Shown piece by piece: positions 27,338-36,829 of a DNA stretch of 64,000 bases. Under the pieces are notes generated by a model, which ran no database searches, was not told the DNA's origin, and saw nothing but the letters and a program-made list of their open reading frames with translations. Made by a program: the position numbers and the translations under genes. Within the stretch, counting starts at the first letter, position 1; every line of letters begins with the position of its first letter. This DNA is from Candidatus Moraniibacteriota bacterium. Lineage in GTDB: Bacteria; Patescibacteriota; Minisyncoccia; Moranbacterales; UBA9337. Location: NCBI GenBank assembly GCA_028695135.1, contig JAQVJM010000004.1, positions 1,696 through 65,695 of the forward strand. The letters run 5' to 3'.

Positions 27338-28600
27338 ATGAAAAATGAAATAAAAAAGAACACAATTTTATCCATAGCTTTTTTGCTATTGGTTGCCCTG
27401 GTGCCTTTTCAGATAAAAGGCGTTTTTTCAAATCAGAATTTCAGCTTGGTTCTTGCCGAAGAGGATGCAGATGCGGTCAAAGATGACATTAAGGATCTGG
27501 AAAAGAAGAAAGAAAAAGAGCTCGAAGCCCAGCAACGGTATGAAGGGGATGTCAATAGGCTTCAGGGAGCGGTTTATAGCACGCAAAAAGACATAGAGGC
27601 GACGGAATCCAAAATAGAAACTGCCGAGGAGACTATCAAAAGAAAAGAAAGAGAAGTGGAGATGTTGAATAAGAACATAGAACTGAAGAAATTGACGCTC
27701 AAAAAAATGGTTTGGGAAGTATATTATAATTCGGAGCAACCGCTCCTCTACCTTCTTTTGCGGGAAAACGGTCTTTTTGAGTCTATTACCAGCAAGGATA
27801 ATTTTTTGACCCTGAAAAAAGACATTCTTTTGATAGTTGATGAAATAGAACAAGCCAAAGGAACGATAAAGAAAGAGCAGGAAGAACTGGAGAAGAATAA
27901 AGTAGAGCACGAAGAGCTTTTGTGGGTAAAAGAAGCGCAAAAGAACAATCTTGTGAGCGAAAAGCAGGTTTTTGAGAAGAAAGTGGAAGAAAAAAGGCTT
28001 ACTGTGGCGGAAATCGACGCTAAAATTTCCAAACTGAGAAGCACCCTTTCCAGTTTCCTGGGCGAATCGTTTGATGCCAGCGATATCGTGGAGGCCATAG
28101 AGTTTGCCAGTAAAAAAACAGGAGTGCGCAAGGAGTTCCTGATGGCGATGCTCGATAAGGAGAGCGATCTGGGAAGATTTACGGGAGGGTGTACTTATAA
28201 AAATACAAGAATTAGAGATGAAAATCCTGATGATAAATCAGCTTTTAAGGATATATGTGAAGAGTTGGACTATGATTATAAAAAGATGAAGGTATCATGT
28301 GCTTTAAGTTATGGGTATGGAGGAGCAATGGGTATAGCTCAGTTTATGCCAACAACATGGAATGGTTATCGGGATAGAATTACCAGATACACTGGACATA
28401 ATCCGCCTGATCCATGGGATCTAACAGACGGGGTGGTTGGAATGGCTATTAAGTTGGAGGATGCTGGCGGTGATAAGAAAAGCGGAGAATATAAGGCGGC
28501 AGCTATGTATTATTGTGGAGGAAATTGGAACAGAGATGTTTGTCATAATTATGCTAGCACTGTTATCAGCTGGTCAAGCGGGTATGATGATTATTTTTAA
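27338..28600 (+). CDS. secreted coiled-coil protein with a C-terminal lytic-transglycosylase-like domain
   Basis: signal peptide; ~250-aa heptad-rich region; C-terminal GIAQFMPTTW (SLT-type motif); codon/base composition of the last ~400 nt differs from the surroundings. Confidence 0.6.
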   Translation: MKNEIKKNTILSIAFLLLVALVPFQIKGVFSNQNFSLVLAEEDADAVKDDIKDLEKKKEKELEAQQRYEGDVNRLQGAVYSTQKDIEATESKIETAEETIKRKEREVEMLNKNIELKKLTLKKMVWEVYYNSEQPLLYLLLRENGLFESITSKDNFLTLKKDILLIVDEIEQAKGTIKKEQEELEKNKVEHEELLWVKEAQKNNLVSEKQVFEKKVEEKRLTVAEIDAKISKLRSTLSSFLGESFDASDIVEAIEFASKKTGVRKEFLMAMLDKESDLGRFTGGCTYKNTRIRDENPDDKSAFKDICEELDYDYKKMKVSCALSYGYGGAMGIAQFMPTTWNGYRDRITRYTGHNPPDPWDLTDGVVGMAIKLEDAGGDKKSGEYKAAAMYYCGGNWNRDVCHNYASTVISWSSGYDDYF

Positions 28601-28680
28601 CAACCCGCAAATTTACCTGTCCGAAATGCTACGCGTATTGTTGCAGGCGGGCAAATCCTTTACAAATCTACAAATTTTTT
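28596..28680 (+). repeat. copy B of the intergenic repeat family (full form with internal hairpin)
   Basis: CAACCCGCAAATTTACCTGTCCGAAATGCTACGCGTATTGTTGCAGGCGGGCAAATCCTTTACAAATCTACAAATT. Confidence 0.7.
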
Positions 28681-28754
28681 GGATCAAGGCCTCTCACTAC
28701 TGATTTTTTATTGAGATAAGCATATTGCGCAGTTTAATTTTGTGTGGTATTTTT

Positions 28755-28850
28755 TATAAGCAACCCACGAATTTACAAATCCTTTACAAATTTACAAATT
28801 CTATCGTTAAAAAATAAATTCGTATATTTGCAGTTGGCTTGTAAACTAGC
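28755..28850 (+). repeat. copy C of the intergenic repeat family (short form lacking the 35-nt internal hairpin; three TACAAAT units plus a TTTGCAG..TTGTAAA tail)
   Basis: CAACCCACGAATTTACAAATCCTTTACAAATTTACAAATTC...TATTTGCAGTTGGCTTGTAAACTAGCGG; co-linear over ~95 nt with copy D at 61788. Confidence 0.7.
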
Positions 28851-28881
28851 GGATTTTAATTATTTATTTTCTATAAAGAGT

Positions 28882-29949
28882 ATGAAATACGAAAAAGAAT
28901 TTCCCTTGTTCAAAACGAAAATGGAGGGGGTTAATGAAAAGTTCGATTTGTCAAAAACTGAAGATCGATCTAGATATTTTCAAGCCAAGGCCGGCGATGA
29001 AATAGGAAAATTGAAAAATTTTTTTGCTGATGGCAATACTTTCATCGCTTATCTGGTGGCCAAAAAATCTGCCGGAAAGGGAACTTATACCAAATTAATG
29101 AAAGAAATTTTCGGCGATGTGATAGAACATATTTCCGCCGGTGATGTTGTAAGAAACACTTACAAGATTTTTCAGGAAGACTTGCCCGAGAAAGAAGAAA
29201 TTATGAAATATCTGCAGGAAAGATATCGAGGGTATATGTCCCTGGATGATGCCGTGGACGCTTTACTTGGAAAATCCCAGGATAAACTATTGCCTACGGA
29301 ACTTATCCTGACTCTTATCGAAAGAGAGATTGACAAAGTTCCGAGAAAAACTCTGTTTATAGATGGATTGCCTAGAGATATGGATCAAATTTCCTACTCA
29401 TTGTTTTTTAGAAATCTGATCAATTATAGGCAGGATCCGGATTTTTTTGTAGCCATTGATATCCCGGAATCCATAATTGATGAAAGAATGAAATATAGAG
29501 TGGTTTGTCCAATTTGCCAAACGCCAAGAAACACAAAATTATTCGCTACTCAGGATGTCGAATATGACGAAAAGGATAAGAAATTTTATCTGCTTTGCGA
29601 TGAGCATAAAGTTCGCATGATTGGAAAAGAGGGAGATGAAGCCGGAATTGAAAGCATCAGGGAAAGGACGGACAGAGACCAAAATTTGATTGATAAGCTG
29701 TTTGCCATCCACGGAGTCCCCTTGATATTGTTAAGAAACGCCATTCCGGTTGATAAGGCCAAAGATTATGTGGATGACTATGAACTGACGCCTGCTTATT
29801 CTTACAAAGCTGGCAAAAACGGAAAGGTTGAAATAATAGAAAGCCCATGGACGGCTATGGATGACGAAGGTGTCGAAGTCAATTCTTTATTGGCGCCACC
29901 GGTCATCGTTTCTTTGATAAAAAGCCTGGTTAAGGAGTTGAAGCTGTAA
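28882..29949 (+). CDS. divergent adenylate-kinase-like NMP kinase (P-loop, NMP-binding DGLPRD, zinc-ribbon LID) with N- and C-terminal extensions
   Basis: Walker A AKKSAGKGT; LFIDGLPRDMDQ resembles the AK (L)DGFPR motif; CPICQ...C..H lid; start taken at ATG 28882 (the ORF track start 28744 overlaps repeat C). Confidence 0.5.
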   Translation: MKYEKEFPLFKTKMEGVNEKFDLSKTEDRSRYFQAKAGDEIGKLKNFFADGNTFIAYLVAKKSAGKGTYTKLMKEIFGDVIEHISAGDVVRNTYKIFQEDLPEKEEIMKYLQERYRGYMSLDDAVDALLGKSQDKLLPTELILTLIEREIDKVPRKTLFIDGLPRDMDQISYSLFFRNLINYRQDPDFFVAIDIPESIIDERMKYRVVCPICQTPRNTKLFATQDVEYDEKDKKFYLLCDEHKVRMIGKEGDEAGIESIRERTDRDQNLIDKLFAIHGVPLILLRNAIPVDKAKDYVDDYELTPAYSYKAGKNGKVEIIESPWTAMDDEGVEVNSLLAPPVIVSLIKSLVKELKL

Positions 29950-29998
29950 ATCCCGATGGAATATTGGAATGATTTACTATCGCTTTACATATATTTGC

Positions 29999-30033
29999 GA
30001 AGGCAGGATTTGATCCCGCCTTCTTTTTTCAGG
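29999..30033 (+). terminator. rho-independent terminator (AAGGCAGG-loop-CCCGCCTT + T-run)
   Basis: seen after the 28882-29949 gene. Confidence 0.55.
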
Positions 30034-30077
30034 TCAAACCCGTCTATCTTTTAAAAGGTTCGCGGTTATTTTTTTAT

Positions 30078-30104
30078 GACGTAAGTACGTACATACTTAC
30101 GTCC
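30078..30104. repeat. palindrome GACGTAAGTA-CGTACA-TACTTACGTC, relative of the 14622-14650 palindrome
   Basis: 10-bp perfect stem sharing the GACGTAAGTAC arm with the element downstream of typA. Confidence 0.6.
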
Positions 30105-30196
30105 GCTTCTCTTATTGACTTATGCTCCATTTATATTTACGATAGATGATAGTTGAATACTTGAGGGAAGGAGGAAGCTGAAAAAAGGAGTGTAAT

Positions 30197-30367
30197 ATGG
30201 AAAGTGCAGACGGAAAAAGAGGGGGGATGGTTATGAAAAAACGTTTTTTCAGGATCAGGAAGAAAAGCGGAGAGAAGAGAGATATTCTTCTGGTAGAAGA
30301 TTACTACATCAAAAGTCTTGTCGAAAGATTTTTTGAGCTATCTTCTTGCCCTGTTACTTTCCACTGA
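30197..30367 (+). CDS. small basic protein (56 aa), unlisted in the ORF track
   Basis: ATG preceded by SD AAAGGAG at -8; MESADGKRGGMVMKKRFFRIRKKSGEKRDILLVEDYYIKSLVERFFEL...; a stem-loop follows. Confidence 0.35.
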   Translation: MESADGKRGGMVMKKRFFRIRKKSGEKRDILLVEDYYIKSLVERFFELSSCPVTFH

Positions 30368-30435
30368 AAAATGTCATCCGAGGAAGCTGGAAACGGCCGG
30401 CTTCCTCAAAAATTTATCAAATCTGAAATTTTTTT

Positions 30436-31140
30436 ATGAAAAATAGTTTACCCAACCATATTGCGATAATTCCGGACGGCAACCGGCGTTGGGCAAAAAA
30501 GAAAGGCCTGAAACCTTGGGATGGCCATGAGGAGGGGGCAAAGAAGATAGAAGAGCTTGCCAGGGCGGCGCTTAATATGAAGATAAGAAACATATCCTTT
30601 TGGGGATCATCCCTGGGGAATCTGGAAAGAAGGCCGCTTAAGGAAAAAAGGGCGCTTCTCGGAATTTATGAGAGGTATTTCAGGAAGCTTATCGACAGCA
30701 AGGAGGTCCATGATAATGAGGCAAGGATAAATGTGATCGGGCGCTGGAGAGAATATTTCCCGGAAAAACTGAAAAAAATATTGGAAGAAGGGATAGAAAG
30801 GACCAAAAATTACAAGAAGTTCACTTTGAATTTTTTCCTGGCTTATAGCGGAGACGATGAGATGCTGGAAGCGGTTAAAAAAATCGTTAATAAATTCAGA
30901 GAAGAAGCTGAGATAACCAGAAAGACCATAAAAGAAAATTTGATGACCAAGGATCTGCCGGCAGTAGATCTGCTCATAAGGACGGGCGGAGATCCTCATC
31001 TTTCAGCCGGATTTATGATGTGGGATATTGCGGACGCGCAGTTGTATTTTTCCGATGAATTTTTTCCTGAATTCGGCGCTGAAAGATTAAAAGAGGCCGT
31101 TGAAGATTATAAAAAAAGAGAAAGAAGGATGGGAAAATGA
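30436..31140 (+). CDS. uppS: undecaprenyl-diphosphate synthase (cis-isoprenyl transferase)
   Basis: HIAIIPDGNRRWA signature, conserved C-terminal RRMGK-type ending; 234 aa. Confidence 0.9.
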   Translation: MKNSLPNHIAIIPDGNRRWAKKKGLKPWDGHEEGAKKIEELARAALNMKIRNISFWGSSLGNLERRPLKEKRALLGIYERYFRKLIDSKEVHDNEARINVIGRWREYFPEKLKKILEEGIERTKNYKKFTLNFFLAYSGDDEMLEAVKKIVNKFREEAEITRKTIKENLMTKDLPAVDLLIRTGGDPHLSAGFMMWDIADAQLYFSDEFFPEFGAERLKEAVEDYKKRERRMGK

Positions 31141-31271
31141 TCGATTTGAAAAATTTGTGAATAAAAAAATAACAAACAATCATTTGACGCAAGGAGATCT
31201 CATTGCCATATTGCGTAATATGGCAATGAAGGGTTCCTCTGGGACTTGCTTATTAAATTAAAACAAAAATT

Positions 31272-32411
31272 ATGCCATACAAAAAATTAACTTTTTTTCT
31301 CCTGATATTTTCGGCGATATTTTTTTCCGGAAAAGTTTTTGCGTCCCAGGAGAACGTGGATCTTTATCTTTTTTCGGCCGAGGGATGCGCTCATTGCCGG
31401 GACGAGAAAGTTTTTTTGGAAAAAATGGAAGATAAATACGAGAATATTTCCGTTTACGAGTTTGAAATAACCAAGAGCGAGAAAAATAGGAGGATATTCC
31501 AAGAGACGTTAGAAAAGCTGGGAACAAAAAGCAACGGGGTTCCTTTTACCGTGATAGGAGATAAATATTTTATAGGATTCGGCAGTGAAGAAACCACTGG
31601 AAAGCTTATAGAAGAAGCTATTTTGGATGAGATTTCCAATGGTAAAAACGGATTTCAGGATATGGGGAAAATAGATCTTCCGATTTTGGGGGAAGTTGAT
31701 GCTAAAAAAATGTCCCTGCCGGTATTGACTGTCATTGTGGGAGGCTTGGACGGTTTTAATCCCTGCGCTATGTGGGTCTTGGTGTTTTTGATAGGTTTGC
31801 TTTTGGGAATGAAAGATAGAAAAAGAATGTGGATTTTCGGGAGCGCTTTTATAATTTCTTCTTCATTGGTCTATTTCCTCTTTATGTCAGCTTGGCTCAA
31901 TCTTTTCTTATTTTTAGGCGTTATATTATGGGTAAGGCTGATTATTGCCGGAGTAGCTTTTTTTAGCGGGGGGTATTATTTGAGAGATTTCTACGTTAAT
32001 AAAGAAGGGGAGTGTAAGGTTGAAGGAGGGGGAAAGAAGAAAAAAGTTTTTGAAAAACTGCGCGAAATAATCCATGAAAGGAATTTCTTTCTGGCTCTCG
32101 CCGGAATCATAATGCTGGCTTTTGCAGTCAATCTGGTGGAGCTTATCTGCTCGGCCGGACTTCCTGCCGTGTATACCCAGGTTCTGGCTCTTAGTAATTT
32201 GCCTGCCTGGCAGTATTACGCTTATATTTTTCTCTATGTCTTTTTCTTTATGCTAGATGACCTGGCGGTATTCGTACTGGCTATGATTACCTTGAAACAT
32301 ATAGGAATTTCCGGAAAATATAGCCGGTATTCCCGCTTGATAGGAGGAATCCTGATGCTGATTTTGGGATATCTTCTTATTTTTCATCCCCAATGGCTTA
32401 TGTTCGGATAG
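31272..32411 (+). CDS. thiol:disulfide interchange protein: thioredoxin-like CxxC domain fused to a CcdA/DsbD-type transmembrane domain
   Basis: signal peptide, CAHC motif, then 6-8 TM helices with GFNPCAMWVL (Cys in TM1). Confidence 0.7.
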   Translation: MPYKKLTFFLLIFSAIFFSGKVFASQENVDLYLFSAEGCAHCRDEKVFLEKMEDKYENISVYEFEITKSEKNRRIFQETLEKLGTKSNGVPFTVIGDKYFIGFGSEETTGKLIEEAILDEISNGKNGFQDMGKIDLPILGEVDAKKMSLPVLTVIVGGLDGFNPCAMWVLVFLIGLLLGMKDRKRMWIFGSAFIISSSLVYFLFMSAWLNLFLFLGVILWVRLIIAGVAFFSGGYYLRDFYVNKEGECKVEGGGKKKKVFEKLREIIHERNFFLALAGIIMLAFAVNLVELICSAGLPAVYTQVLALSNLPAWQYYAYIFLYVFFFMLDDLAVFVLAMITLKHIGISGKYSRYSRLIGGILMLILGYLLIFHPQWLMFG

Positions 32412-32506
32412 ATCTCCTTTGGCGGGTTTGCAAGCGTTTTTTAAAAATTATATAATTGTATAGAAGCAAGGCTTGATATTCTAATTTTTGTTAGGATTAT
32501 CCAAAT

Positions 32507-33190
32507 ATGGAAGAAGGCGGAGAAAAAAAGAAAAAGAAAAAAAGAAAAATTATTATACCGATAATAATTCTTTTGAGTTTGTTTCTTATGGGAGCGGTTT
32601 TTATCCTCAAAAATGAAGGCGAAGATGAGCAGGCAGAAGATTTGACAATAGAGGAGAGCTCTGTAGGGGCGGTTTCCGAATCGCCTAAGGCTGGCGGAGA
32701 AATTTTTGAAGATTCTGAAGAGACTTCCGCAAAAGATTTATCGGGAATGTCTCAAAGCGAAAATTATAAGATAAATCAGATAAGATTCGGAGGAAGCGTG
32801 GCTTTGGCAGACGAGCAAGAGAGGGGGCTCGCTTTGGAATTGTCAGATATAAAAAGCGAGATGGTCATTTCCAGGGAAAATGAAGAGCCGAAATTTCTTT
32901 TGTCATGGAAAACCAATAAGGCATCCGTTTCAGAAGTGGTTTATGCAAAAGATGATGGAGGCGATATGAAAACCTTCAGGGAAAGCGACTATGGCCTTGA
33001 ACATAGCGTTTCCTTGTCGGATATGGAGCTATCCACTATTTATATCTATAAAATAACCGCCAAAGACAGGTGGGGAAATGAAAAGGTTTCGGATTATTTC
33101 AGCATGTACACGGGAGAAAAAGACGCATCCATATTCGACTTAATAGTAAATTCGATCGAGGAAACTTTCTCTTGGGCGCTGAAAAAATAA
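32507..33190 (+). CDS. hypothetical membrane-anchored protein with poly-Lys N-terminus
   Basis: 227 aa; single TM after the KKKKKKRK stretch; beta-rich C-terminal domain. Confidence 0.45.
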   Translation: MEEGGEKKKKKKRKIIIPIIILLSLFLMGAVFILKNEGEDEQAEDLTIEESSVGAVSESPKAGGEIFEDSEETSAKDLSGMSQSENYKINQIRFGGSVALADEQERGLALELSDIKSEMVISRENEEPKFLLSWKTNKASVSEVVYAKDDGGDMKTFRESDYGLEHSVSLSDMELSTIYIYKITAKDRWGNEKVSDYFSMYTGEKDASIFDLIVNSIEETFSWALKK

Positions 33191-33325
33191 TTCTATTTTC
33201 CGGCATATTTTAAAAAAATGTTAAACCAGAAAATAAGTTATTTATAAAATTTGTTTCCGTTCTTGTATGAATTTCGAAATTTTTTAAATAGAATGCGTTT
33301 TGAGAGCAAATTTAAGGTTTAGAGG

Positions 33326-33353
33326 TTGACAAAAAAAAGATATCTGCTAGTAT
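33326..33353 (+). promoter_or_regulatory. putative promoter (TTGACA-16-TAGTAT) upstream of infA
   Basis: consensus -35 hexamer and -10-like hexamer 140 nt upstream of infA. Confidence 0.5.
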
Positions 33354-33493
33354 GGATAAGCATTATAGTATGTAGATTAAAATTAAATAAAATATAAGCA
33401 AATAGAGGTTTATTCTGGAATTCAAGCATTAGGAATGAAACGTTAATAAAAAATTAACTCCTCTATTTTTGTATTGGAGCATATAATAAAAAA

Positions 33494-33712
33494 ATGACCC
33501 AGAACAAAGAATTAATAAAAGTTGAGGGAGTTGTGCTCGAAACTCTTCCCAGCACCACTTTCAAGGTAAGATTGGAAAACGGCCATGAAGTTTTGGCGCA
33601 TATTTCGGGAAGAATGAGAGTGAACTACATAAAACTTCTTCCAGGAGATAAGGTGGAGATGGAGATGAGCCCTTATGATTTGACCAGAGGAAGGATAACC
33701 AAAAGACTGTAG
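33494..33712 (+). CDS. infA: translation initiation factor IF-1
   Basis: 72 aa, S1-like OB fold, [31 protein letters not shown]. Confidence 0.9.
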   Translation: MTQNKELIKVEGVVLETLPSTTFKVRLENGHEVLAHISGRMRVNYIKLLPGDKVEMEMSPYDLTRGRITKRL

Positions 33713-33868
33713 CCTTTATGAAGTACGAATTTTAAGAATGTACGAATTAGGCGATAAATAATTTTAAGTTGGATTCTTATGATAATTTATATTGATTGGA
33801 TAAATAAAGAATTACATAGCTTATGATATTCGTAATTTCGTATAAGTTCGTAATTCGTAGAGATTAAC
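33713..33868. mobile_element. MITE-like cargo-less element with (T)ACGAATT-unit inverted repeats between infA and rpmJ
   Basis: left GAAGTACGAATTTTAAGAATGTACGAATTAGG; right ATTCGTAATTTCGTATAAGTTCGTAATTCGTAG (reverse-complementary units); same unit family as the TIRs at 2634/3063. Confidence 0.4.
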
Positions 33869-33982
33869 ATGAAAGTAAGAACATCAGTTAAAAAAATGTG
33901 CGCCCGATGTAAGATTGTCAGGCGAAAAGGAAAAATATATGTCCTATGCGTTAATCCTAAGCATAAGCAAAGGCAGGGATAA
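33869..33982 (+). CDS. rpmJ: 50S ribosomal protein L36
   Basis: [37 protein letters not shown], zinc-ribbon L36; unlisted in the ORF track (under 60 aa). Confidence 0.9.
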   Translation: MKVRTSVKKMCARCKIVRRKGKIYVLCVNPKHKQRQG

Positions 33983-34006
33983 TTTTTTTGATTGATTATT
34001 TTTCAT

Positions 34007-34462
34007 ATGACTGGAGAAAAAAAGATCGTGAAAGAAGATATTAAAAAAGAGGCGGATTCCGTCAAGGAAGCGGAACTTCTTCAGGTTTCTTCCAAGGCGA
34101 GTAAATCAAAGAGAAGTATCTTTAAAGGGCAGGCTCACATTCAATGCACTTACAATAACACCATGATTACTGTAAGCGATATGAATGGGGCGGTTTTGGG
34201 ATGGTCCAGCGCCGGACTCTTGGGATTTAAGGGAGCTAAAAAATCCACTCCCTATGCTGCTACGAGAGTAGCCGCCGATGTTTCTGAAAAAGTAAAAAAA
34301 TATAATCTGAAAGAATTGATGATATTTATAAAAGGAGTGGGCGGAGGACGGGAGTCTTCTATAAGAGGTTTGGCCGGAGCCGGGTTTGATATTTCTTTGA
34401 TAAAAGATATCACCCCGATTCCTCATAACGGTTGCAGAAGGAGAAAACCTCGCAGGGTGTAA
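34007..34462 (+). CDS. rpsK: 30S ribosomal protein S11
   Basis: AHIQCTYNNTMITVSD, GFKGAKKSTPYAA, TPIPHNGCRRRKPRRV; start taken at ATG 34007 (the track uses TTG 33992). Confidence 0.9.
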   Translation: MTGEKKIVKEDIKKEADSVKEAELLQVSSKASKSKRSIFKGQAHIQCTYNNTMITVSDMNGAVLGWSSAGLLGFKGAKKSTPYAATRVAADVSEKVKKYNLKELMIFIKGVGGGRESSIRGLAGAGFDISLIKDITPIPHNGCRRRKPRRV

Positions 34463-34562
34463 TAAAGTAGTAAGCGCAAAGTAGAAGGTAGGAAGCGGAA
34501 TAGGCATAAAAATATAAAAAATATGCTTGACCCATACTACTTACTACTCGCTACATAAATAT

Positions 34563-34949
34563 ATGGCAAGAATAGTCGGAGTAAACATACCGGATGAAAA
34601 AAGAATGGAGATAGCTCTAACATATATTTTTGGCATTGGCAGAGCGTTGAGCGGAAAGATTTTATATAAGTTGAATATCGATAAAGACACTTTGGCCAAG
34701 GATCTCACAACAGAAGAGATCAACAATCTGAAAAACGAGATAGAAAAGAATTATAAAATTGAAGGAGAGCTGAAGCATGAAGTCAGAATGAACATAAGAA
34801 GGTTGAAGGAGATAGGATGCTATAGGGGCTTGAGGCACCAAAAGGGTCTTCCCGCAAGAGGACAAAGGACCAAAACCAACACCAGGACGGTGAGGGGAAA
34901 TGTCCGAAAAACTATGGGAAGCGGGAAACGATCAGTTGAGAAGACGTAA
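34563..34949 (+). CDS. rpsM: 30S ribosomal protein S13
   Basis: [10 protein letters not shown]... GIGR; [20 protein letters not shown]; start at the internal ATG. Confidence 0.9.
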   Translation: MARIVGVNIPDEKRMEIALTYIFGIGRALSGKILYKLNIDKDTLAKDLTTEEINNLKNEIEKNYKIEGELKHEVRMNIRRLKEIGCYRGLRHQKGLPARGQRTKTNTRTVRGNVRKTMGSGKRSVEKT

Positions 34950-35027
34950 TATCCGAATTGGAATTCAAATTTTTTCATCTTAATTCATTCGAAAAAATTC
35001 GTATATAATTAGAACCAAAATTAGCAT

Positions 35028-35660
35028 ATGGCGACAGATTTAAATCCAAAATGCAAAAAATGCAGAAGAGCCGGAGAAAAACTTTTTCTCAAAGGAGAGC
35101 GTTGCAATACGCCCAAATGCGGAGTGATAAGGAAGGCTTATGCGCCCGGAATGCATGGAAGCAAGATGGGGAGGGCTTTGAGCGAATATGGAAAACAGCT
35201 TGAAATGAAACAGAGGATAAAGCGTATTTACGGCGTTATGGAAAGGCAGTTTAGAAAACATTTTGAGGAAGCTAGCAGAAAGCAGGGAGTAACCGGCAAT
35301 CTTTTAATGATGCGTTTGGAGATGAGATTGGACAATGTCGTTTTTAGATTGGGACTGGCGGATTCAAGAAAAGCGGCCAGGCAGATCGTAGGCCATGGCT
35401 CCATTGTTCTGAATGGCAAGAAAGCCAGCATACCTTCGATGAAAGTTAAAATAGGGGATGTTTTGGGGATAAATGTTTCCAAAAAAGATAAAAGATATTT
35501 TCAGGAAAGAGCCAAGATGATGAAAAGAAGCAAAGATATTCCTTCTTGGATAGCGCTTGATCCTTCTAAAATTGAGGGAAGGATTCTTTCTGAACCTGAT
35601 GTTGAAAGCATAGGAGTGAATGTTGATCCTCAGTTGGTAGTAGAATATTATTCGAGATAA
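35028..35660 (+). CDS. rpsD: 30S ribosomal protein S4 (zinc-binding type)
   Basis: N-terminal CKKC...C..PKC zinc cluster, S4 domain LDNVVFRLGLA. Confidence 0.9.
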   Translation: MATDLNPKCKKCRRAGEKLFLKGERCNTPKCGVIRKAYAPGMHGSKMGRALSEYGKQLEMKQRIKRIYGVMERQFRKHFEEASRKQGVTGNLLMMRLEMRLDNVVFRLGLADSRKAARQIVGHGSIVLNGKKASIPSMKVKIGDVLGINVSKKDKRYFQERAKMMKRSKDIPSWIALDPSKIEGRILSEPDVESIGVNVDPQLVVEYYSR

Positions 35661-35730
35661 AATATATATTAATTTATTTATATTTGATAGGCCTAAAATC
35701 TTCGGCCTATCAGTTGGATAACAAAAAAAT

Positions 35731-36717
35731 ATGCAATCAATAACCCTCCCTAAAAAATCTAAATTCATGGAAACCGGAGAAAACAGCGGAAAGTTTATCA
35801 TAGAGGACTGTTATCCCGGATACGGAACAACCTTGGGGAATTCTCTTCGCAGAGTGATTCTTTCTTCTTTGGATGGAGCGGCGGTTACTGCCATAAAGAT
35901 AAAAGGAGTTTCTCATGAATTTTCCACCATAGAGGGAATTTTAGAGGACGTGGTCCAGATAATTTTAAACGTCAAAAAAATAAGATTTAAATTTTTTGGA
36001 GAAGAACCGGTAAGACTCTCTCTTTCCTTTAAGGGAAAAGGGGAAATAACCGCTAAAGAAATAAAATGCACTTCCGATATTGAGGTGGTAAACAAAGATT
36101 TGATTATTGCTACCGCCACTTCCGCCAAATCTTCTTTGGATATGGAATTGGAAGTTGCTCGGGGATTGGGATATGTACCAGTTGATCAGCAGGAAAAAAG
36201 AGAAGAGATAGGATGGATAAATATAGATTCTATCTATACTCCCATTAAAAGAGTGAATTACGAGATTGAGAACATGCGAGTCGGGAAAAGAACCGATTTT
36301 GACAGGATCATATTGGAAATTGTTACAGACGGAAGCATTGATCCTAAGGAGGCTTTTGAAAAATCGGTCAAGATATTGGTTAAGCAGTTTTCGGTTTTAT
36401 CGGAAGGAGTGGATGATTCCCTGGATGAGGGAGAAGATGAGCGAGCCGGAGAGTATGAGGCTATTTTAAATGAGGAAGAAGAAGCCGTGTCAGACGAAAG
36501 CGGATATGAGGACATTGAAGAATTGAGCGTAGAGGAATTAAAAGGACTTTCCACAAGGACGATCAACGCTTTGAAGGATAATAAGATTAAAAAAGTCAAA
36601 GGAATTATTAAATTAACCAATGAGGATCTTGAGCAATTAGAAGGTATGGGAGAGAAAGGGATAAAAGAGATTAAAAAATCTCTGGGCAGCCTAGGACTGA
36701 TATTGAAGAATAAATAA
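35731..36717 (+). CDS. rpoA: DNA-directed RNA polymerase subunit alpha
   Basis: alpha NTD (GYGTTLGNSLRRVLLSS), acidic linker, alpha-CTD helix-hairpin-helix. Confidence 0.9.
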   Translation: MQSITLPKKSKFMETGENSGKFIIEDCYPGYGTTLGNSLRRVILSSLDGAAVTAIKIKGVSHEFSTIEGILEDVVQIILNVKKIRFKFFGEEPVRLSLSFKGKGEITAKEIKCTSDIEVVNKDLIIATATSAKSSLDMELEVARGLGYVPVDQQEKREEIGWINIDSIYTPIKRVNYEIENMRVGKRTDFDRIILEIVTDGSIDPKEAFEKSVKILVKQFSVLSEGVDDSLDEGEDERAGEYEAILNEEEEAVSDESGYEDIEELSVEELKGLSTRTINALKDNKIKKVKGIIKLTNEDLEQLEGMGEKGIKEIKKSLGSLGLILKNK

Positions 36718-36829
36718 TCGAAAGATCCGAAGATGTTCCGATGTTGTTATGTGTTATGATTTCGTAAATATCGGAAGCGAATATTCGGAAAAATTATAAC
36801 GATGCAACAGTCGGAACAGTTACAATAAT

